Shown here: one piece after another, positions 59,187-64,000 of the stretch
How positions within the stretch are numbered: position 1 is the stretch's first letter
Layout of the letters: every line of letters starts with the position of its first letter
From: a bacterium
Lineage (GTDB): Bacteria; UBA8248
Direction: 5' to 3'
Assembly: GCA_965219955.1 (NCBI GenBank)
Contig: OZ244799.1
Span: forward strand, 1,824,001-1,888,000
Length of the DNA: 64,000 bases
Made by a program: the position numbers and the translations under genes
The notes under the pieces: generated by a model
Told to the model about the DNA's origin: nothing
Databases searched by the model: none
The model's input: the letters and a program-made list of their open reading frames with translations, nothing else

Positions 59187-60074
59187 TCATGCTCTGACGT
59201 CATTCGGCCCACCCGCTTCACGAGCGGCCGCGGCAGGCGGCATCAGAAAATCCTCGAGCACCTTCACAACGCCGTCGAGCGGCCCGGGGTCGAGCCCCAA
59301 ATCACGCTTGAAGGCCTCCCATTGTCGTCGTCTTACGACGTCCTCCGCGAACATCCGCGACAACCCGTCCGGAACTGCATCCGGTATCGGTGTGCGCCGC
59401 CGGGCGAAAGTAGCCGATATCGCGCCTGCGAGACGCGTCCGATCAATATCAAAGGTCCGGCTGATGACCCACAAGTCGTAATAGTCCTTCATCCGGCTGT
59501 TGGCCATGCCCAGGGCCACCATGGCCTGGAATTTCTCTGCGACCACGGTCTCGCGCGCGTAACCCAGCAACCTCGGCGCCGGCATATCGAGCAGAACGGG
59601 ATAGTCGAGCCACTCGGCAGGAGGTTCGGTCGCTTCCCCGAAGCCGACGTCGACGTTCACGACAACGCGGGCGCCATCAACATCGGCCGGCGCCCGTACC
59701 CGGAGACCGCCGTACTCGTTCTCTTCTCGAATGCGGCCGATACTCGTCTCATCGGCGCCAAAGAGAACGCCGTCGGGCTGCTTCTGAGAGAGAACCTCTC
59801 TGAAGACTCCGAGGACGGTATAAGGTGCGGGGTTGCCGTGACCCAGGAGATCGAGATCGCGCGTACTGCGAAGCGGCTCGTCGAACCACGTCATCAGCAG
59901 CATCGCCCCTTTCAGAACGAAACGCTCGGCATGGCGGGATAGCGCGAGGCGGTAGAGCAAGCGCTCGATCGCATAGCGCGTCAGCACCAGATCGAAGTTC
60001 AGGCCTTTTTCCTTGCTCAGCCTGAGGAGACGGGCCCGAACGGAGGCGCCGACGTTCTTGACCTCCCTAGCCAT
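59187..60074 (-). CDS. abiEii: AbiEii nucleotidyltransferase toxin (type IV TA)
   Basis: ERLLYRL, FVLKGA, RSTRDLD, AEKFQA, SRMKDYYD. Confidence 0.92.
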   Translation of the reverse strand: MAREVKNVGASVRARLLRLSKEKGLNFDLVLTRYAIERLLYRLALSRHAERFVLKGAMLLMTWFDEPLRSTRDLDLLGHGNPAPYTVLGVFREVLSQKQPDGVLFGADETSIGRIREENEYGGLRVRAPADVDGARVVVNVDVGFGEATEPPAEWLDYPVLLDMPAPRLLGYARETVVAEKFQAMVALGMANSRMKDYYDLWVISRTFDIDRTRLAGAISATFARRRTPIPDAVPDGLSRMFAEDVVRRRQWEAFKRDLGLDPGPLDGVVKVLEDFLMPPAAAAREAGGPNDVRA

Positions 60075-60684
60075 TTGCGGTGAGCGCCTCGAGATGGGGC
60101 CGGATCACCGTGGCCACGCCGCCACGCGCCGCATGGCGGGCGATCTCGGCCGGGGTGGCTTTCCTCTGTCGAATCGCCTCCTGCAGACCCTCGAGTGCGA
60201 CCGACTGGCCGACCGTCCGTCGATGCCGGTAACAGTCGGCGATAGTCTTCGCGACGCCGAAGATTTTAACGGGCACTTTCTCGATATGCACGGTGGCGAC
60301 ATCGTCCGCGAGAAGCGGGTTCGTGAACCGCACGATCCGCATCGGCGGGCTTTCCTCCTTTGGAGCCCAGTCCTTTGCGCCGATCGCCATCCAGACCGCG
60401 TTTGGAATCTGATCGGTCAGACCGTGGTATGCAAGCGCGGAGACGAGGCAGACGACGCCCCTGGGAACCCGCTTCGCCGCCTCGGCGAGGCTGTGATGGG
60501 CGTCGAGGGGCGCACCGGGCATCTGATAGAGCCCGCGTGAGAGTCGTACGACCTCGCCGTCCTCGACCATGCGGCTGATCGTGGCCGCGGTGATGCCGGC
60601 ATCCTTGAACTCGCAGAGGCGCACGATCCCCTCCCTGTGCAAGACTTCGGTCGCCCGGTCGCGTTGTGTCCTTGATTTCGACAT
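60067..60684 (-). CDS. abiEi: AbiEi antitoxin (type IV TA)
   Basis: wHTH RLSRGLY, CLVSALAYHGLTDQIP, KTIADC; overlaps the toxin start. Confidence 0.9.
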   Translation of the reverse strand: MSKSRTQRDRATEVLHREGIVRLCEFKDAGITAATISRMVEDGEVVRLSRGLYQMPGAPLDAHHSLAEAAKRVPRGVVCLVSALAYHGLTDQIPNAVWMAIGAKDWAPKEESPPMRIVRFTNPLLADDVATVHIEKVPVKIFGVAKTIADCYRHRRTVGQSVALEGLQEAIRQRKATPAEIARHAARGGVATVIRPHLEALTANG

Positions 60685-60938
60685 TGATAGAATTCCACAT
60701 AAACGAGAAGCTGACATCCGATCTTTTCTATCAAAAAAACCTGCCTGCGTAAATCATTTTCTAACCGGGCCGATCGAATCACAGTACAGGACCCATCTTT
60801 ATAACCGAAAAGTGGAACCGGGATGGCGCATCACACGTGGGAGGATCCCATATGTCCATATCGGTTGATCATATCCGGATCCAGAAAGCGGCTTCCCCGC
60901 TCAGGAAGGCCGCAATGCCGCCATGAATTGTACTGCTG

Positions 60939-63938
60939 TCAGCGTCGTCTGCGTTTCCCGGGTCTTGATACGTTTGGTTCAGAATCGGAACATTTTCGCG
61001 ATTGCCGCAAGTTTCTCGTATAGTCGCAATCTGGAAAGTTCGAGCAGCCGAGGAAGCGACCGTACTTCCCCATTCTGGCATCCAGCCACCCGTCGCAGAC
61101 GGGACAGGCCTCGATTGTCCCACCACAGTCGCGGCAGCGGTAAGCCTCGCCGGACCTCACGGGAAGGCCTGACCCGCAGCGAGGACAAGCACGCGTTCTG
61201 TGTTCGCAAAGCGGAAAGTTCGAGCAGCCGTAGAAAACACTTCCGTTGCGGGAGTTTTCACGGCGCTCCAGCCGTCCGCTTGTGCATTGTGGACAGGATA
61301 CGTCGCCTTCCGGCGGACGGCCGAACACTTCGACGTCGTATCCACCGTCTTTCAGTTCGTTCACGAATTCGGACGGCGGGCCGCCGTCGGCAAGTAGGAA
61401 GGCCTGCCGTCTCGCCCGGGTGATGGCGACATAGAGCAAACGTCGCTCCTCGGCGTTCGGATGGGCTTCGGACGCCGCCAGCACCAGATCCAGCAGCGGA
61501 TCGTCGGCTATCTCGGCCGGAAACCCGAACTTTCCCGAACACATACCGAGAACCACAGCATAGTCAGCTTCGAGACCCTTGGAGCGGTGCACGGTCTTCC
61601 AACTGAAGCGAAGGCCCGGATACTGCTTCGGCAACGCACCCAGATTGCGGGGACACAGATGCCGGTAGCGGCCCAGCAACAGCACATCCGAAATTCCGTC
61701 GTGACGGCGCACATCCTCCGAGATCCGGTCGAGCGCCTCTTTCAGGAGCGAGAGTTCCTGCTCACCAGGGAGTCCGACGTATACCGCGGGCCGGTCCGCC
61801 TTGCGCGTCGCGCGGACCCTCTTGCGGATTTGCGCCGGATTGCGTAGCACGAAGTCCGTGGCGACCTCGGCTATGCGGTCGGCGCAGCGGAACGTCGTTG
61901 CGAGATCGATACGCTCGAACGCACCGAAATGGTCTCCGAACTCCCGCATGAGCGCAATGTCCGATCCGCCGAACCGGTAGATCGCCTGCCAGTCGTCGCC
62001 GACCGCGAACAATTGGGTCCCCGGTGAACTGTCGAGCAGCGCCTTCAGCAGCCGCGCCCTGGACGGCGAAATATCTTGGAACTCGTCGACCAGGATGTAT
62101 CCGAACGGGCTGCGGTAGTGTCCTCTCTCCACGAGGTCGGTCGCACGGTTGATCATGTCGTGAAAATCGATCTCACCTGAACGTGCAAGCGTGTCCTGAT
62201 AGCGCTCGAAAATCGGCCGGAACACCGCAAGAAACGCTTGCGCCCGCGCACGTTCCCGGTGAGCGTCGGCGCGCTTGGCGATGTCGGCGAAGGACAGCCG
62301 GCTTCCCTTGAAGTGCTGCAGGAAGGATGCCACCAGCCGCGTAAACGGTTCGATTCGCCCCTGTTGTTCGAGAGCAGCGAACGCATCCTCGCGCGGAATC
62401 GGCGAAAGACTCACACCGTGGGGCGCAAGCTTCTCCGTCAGGTTCCTGAGCAGCCTGCCGTCAACCTGTTCGTGGCTGAAGGTTTCAATCAGGACGGTGC
62501 CGTGCTCTGCATGGACGCCGCGCTTCCATTCCATTTCCTGCCGATACGACTGCTGGTCGACGAATGGCGCCGTGTTTCCTTCGGTGTCGATACCGAAGTG
62601 CTCGATATAGACGCCGTGTTCGGGAAGATGGAAGTCGGGCTTGTACTGGCGCTTCTCCGAGGTCGCCAGGTCATGCTCATAGGGGGCTTCGTACTCGTAG
62701 GCGACTCCGTTGAGATAGAGAAAGTTCGCGATCTCGCATTCCTCGAAACTGCGGACGGTTTCGCCTTTGAGCGAGCGTATGTCGAACTTGCGGATATAGT
62801 CGTGGTACTCGCCCCAGTTTCTGAACTCGTGCTCGCTCTTGTATGGCGCAAACCGGTCCTGGAACCATTCATGCAGCGTGGCCGAGAGTTCCCGGTCGGC
62901 GAGCAGATCGGCCACGATTCCCTTGAGCAGGTCGAACAGGGCTCGGTCGCTCTCCGTCGTCGCGGCGAGCGCCGGGCGCTTCCCTTCGGCTTCGCCGATG
63001 ATCGCCATGCCGAGGCTGTGGAATGTGCGCACCGTAACTTCGTGCGCTATTTTTACGCCGAGACGCTTTTCGAGCCGCTCCTCCATCTCCTTGCTGGCGT
63101 CTCGCGCAAAGGCGAGCAACAGCAGTTCAGAGGGCTTGCGATACCCTTTTCTGATGAGCCAGCCTGTCTTGGCTACGATTACCGAGGTCTTGCCGCTTCC
63201 GGCCGCGGCTACCACGAGGTTCCGTTGCTCGTCGATGACGACCGCTCTGCGCTGCTCTTCCGTGAGCGGGCGGGCTTCGATCCGGTCGAATAGCTCACGT
63301 GACCGGACCAGTTCGTTGACGACGAACGACTTGTTGGTTTTCGTCCGGACATCGCCAGACGCTTCGAGAAACTCGAGAACCTCTCGCAGCATCCGAATCT
63401 CGGGGGTATCCGAAAGCGCTTCCGGCCAACGCGCCGCGAAGCCGCTGGTGACTGACTGGGCATCGTTTTCAAGGTCTCTGAACGCATCGGCCGTGAGGTA
63501 TTTCGGTGGATCTGCAATCTCGGCGATGCGGTCGTGGACCGCCCGAATCGCACAGGCCCTTGAGGCGAGGGAGCGGCGCCACCATTGGCATCTCGATGTT
63601 TCGATGGCTTCGGCCAGAGCGCTTCCAGCCATTCGGGACAGGCCCGAAACTTGCGCACTGCCCTTGGTATGACGGATCCGAATTCTGGAATAGAGATTGC
63701 CGCCCCCTGCATCGACCGTTTCCACTTCACCCAACGGTATGTCATTGTAACCCGAACCGAACTGCAGCCGGACGGCTTCGGCGCTCACCGATGCCGCCTT
63801 GGCATGTCTCGGATGCAGGATTGCGAACAGGAACTTTGCCAGCCCGGTTCGTTTGGCTTCAATCAGGACGTTCGCCGCCAAGCTCGATTGATATCCCGAG
63901 TTCCCGGCGTGTGTGGATTTTTCGGGGGTCTTTCTCAA
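60939..63938 (-). CDS. UvrD/helicase IV-like SF1 helicase with nuclease-like insertion and C-terminal topoisomerase-type Zn ribbons
   Basis: AAAGSGKT, LVDEFQD, VGDDWQAIYRF, TVHRSKGLE, LYVAITRAR; YKPDF..YIEHFG; CPQC/GCSNFP repeats; start uncertain. Confidence 0.9.
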   Translation of the reverse strand: MRKTPEKSTHAGNSGYQSSLAANVLIEAKRTGLAKFLFAILHPRHAKAASVSAEAVRLQFGSGYNDIPLGEVETVDAGGGNLYSRIRIRHTKGSAQVSGLSRMAGSALAEAIETSRCQWWRRSLASRACAIRAVHDRIAEIADPPKYLTADAFRDLENDAQSVTSGFAARWPEALSDTPEIRMLREVLEFLEASGDVRTKTNKSFVVNELVRSRELFDRIEARPLTEEQRRAVVIDEQRNLVVAAAGSGKTSVIVAKTGWLIRKGYRKPSELLLLAFARDASKEMEERLEKRLGVKIAHEVTVRTFHSLGMAIIGEAEGKRPALAATTESDRALFDLLKGIVADLLADRELSATLHEWFQDRFAPYKSEHEFRNWGEYHDYIRKFDIRSLKGETVRSFEECEIANFLYLNGVAYEYEAPYEHDLATSEKRQYKPDFHLPEHGVYIEHFGIDTEGNTAPFVDQQSYRQEMEWKRGVHAEHGTVLIETFSHEQVDGRLLRNLTEKLAPHGVSLSPIPREDAFAALEQQGRIEPFTRLVASFLQHFKGSRLSFADIAKRADAHRERARAQAFLAVFRPIFERYQDTLARSGEIDFHDMINRATDLVERGHYRSPFGYILVDEFQDISPSRARLLKALLDSSPGTQLFAVGDDWQAIYRFGGSDIALMREFGDHFGAFERIDLATTFRCADRIAEVATDFVLRNPAQIRKRVRATRKADRPAVYVGLPGEQELSLLKEALDRISEDVRRHDGISDVLLLGRYRHLCPRNLGALPKQYPGLRFSWKTVHRSKGLEADYAVVLGMCSGKFGFPAEIADDPLLDLVLAASEAHPNAEERRLLYVAITRARRQAFLLADGGPPSEFVNELKDGGYDVEVFGRPPEGDVSCPQCTSGRLERRENSRNGSVFYGCSNFPLCEHRTRACPRCGSGLPVRSGEAYRCRDCGGTIEACPVCDGWLDARMGKYGRFLGCSNFPDCDYTRNLRQSRKCSDSEPNVSRPGKRRRR

Positions 63939-64000
63939 CGCATTCTTTCCTGAGTATTTCAGTGAACAGGGATTTTCGTGGGAAATTAATTCCGACCCCT

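Larger units (their letters stand above)
25131..64000. mobile_element. Composite, partly decayed integrative island (boundaries approximate; extends past the window)
   Basis: Four intact integrases, integrase/relaxase/IS remnants, ssb-DUF2493 backbone, defence genes; I saw no host REP-type repeats here. Confidence 0.75.

Overview
High-GC bacterial chromosome segment in two parts. 1-24.8 kb is host metabolism: two tandem acyl-CoA synthetases, two TauE-like permeases, amidohydrolases, a TAXI-TRAP transporter, hydantoinase/oxoprolinase A and B, and a class III aminotransferase. Its intergenic gaps carry mosaics of REP-like hairpins framed by a shared inverted-repeat end, and a low-GC defence insert (GmrSD-like, TIR + Zn-ribbon, PD-(D/E)XK nuclease) lies at 7.7-12.3 kb. 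From ~25.1 kb to the window end lies a composite, partly decayed integrative island. It has two overlapping tyrosine-integrase pairs, integrase/relaxase/IS256 remnants and a leading-region-like block (Zn-finger repeat protein, ssb, DUF4326, DUF2493, large hairpin promoter). Its cargo is a TonB receptor, an amino-acid-binding protein, a P450, and a Tat-exported vanadium haloperoxidase + porin behind a (CTTGAGG)10 repeat. A defence cluster follows (type IIG-like RM, Schlafen-ATPase with an Ig-like tail, UDG-like protein, AbiE, nuclease-containing helicase). Most striking: (i) an island gene whose C-terminus matches the archaeal/eukaryotic ribosomal protein eL13 signature, fused to a long acidic tail; (ii) three places where cargo or defence cassettes sit between duplicated gene ends. 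All family calls are by eye from motifs; no searches were run.
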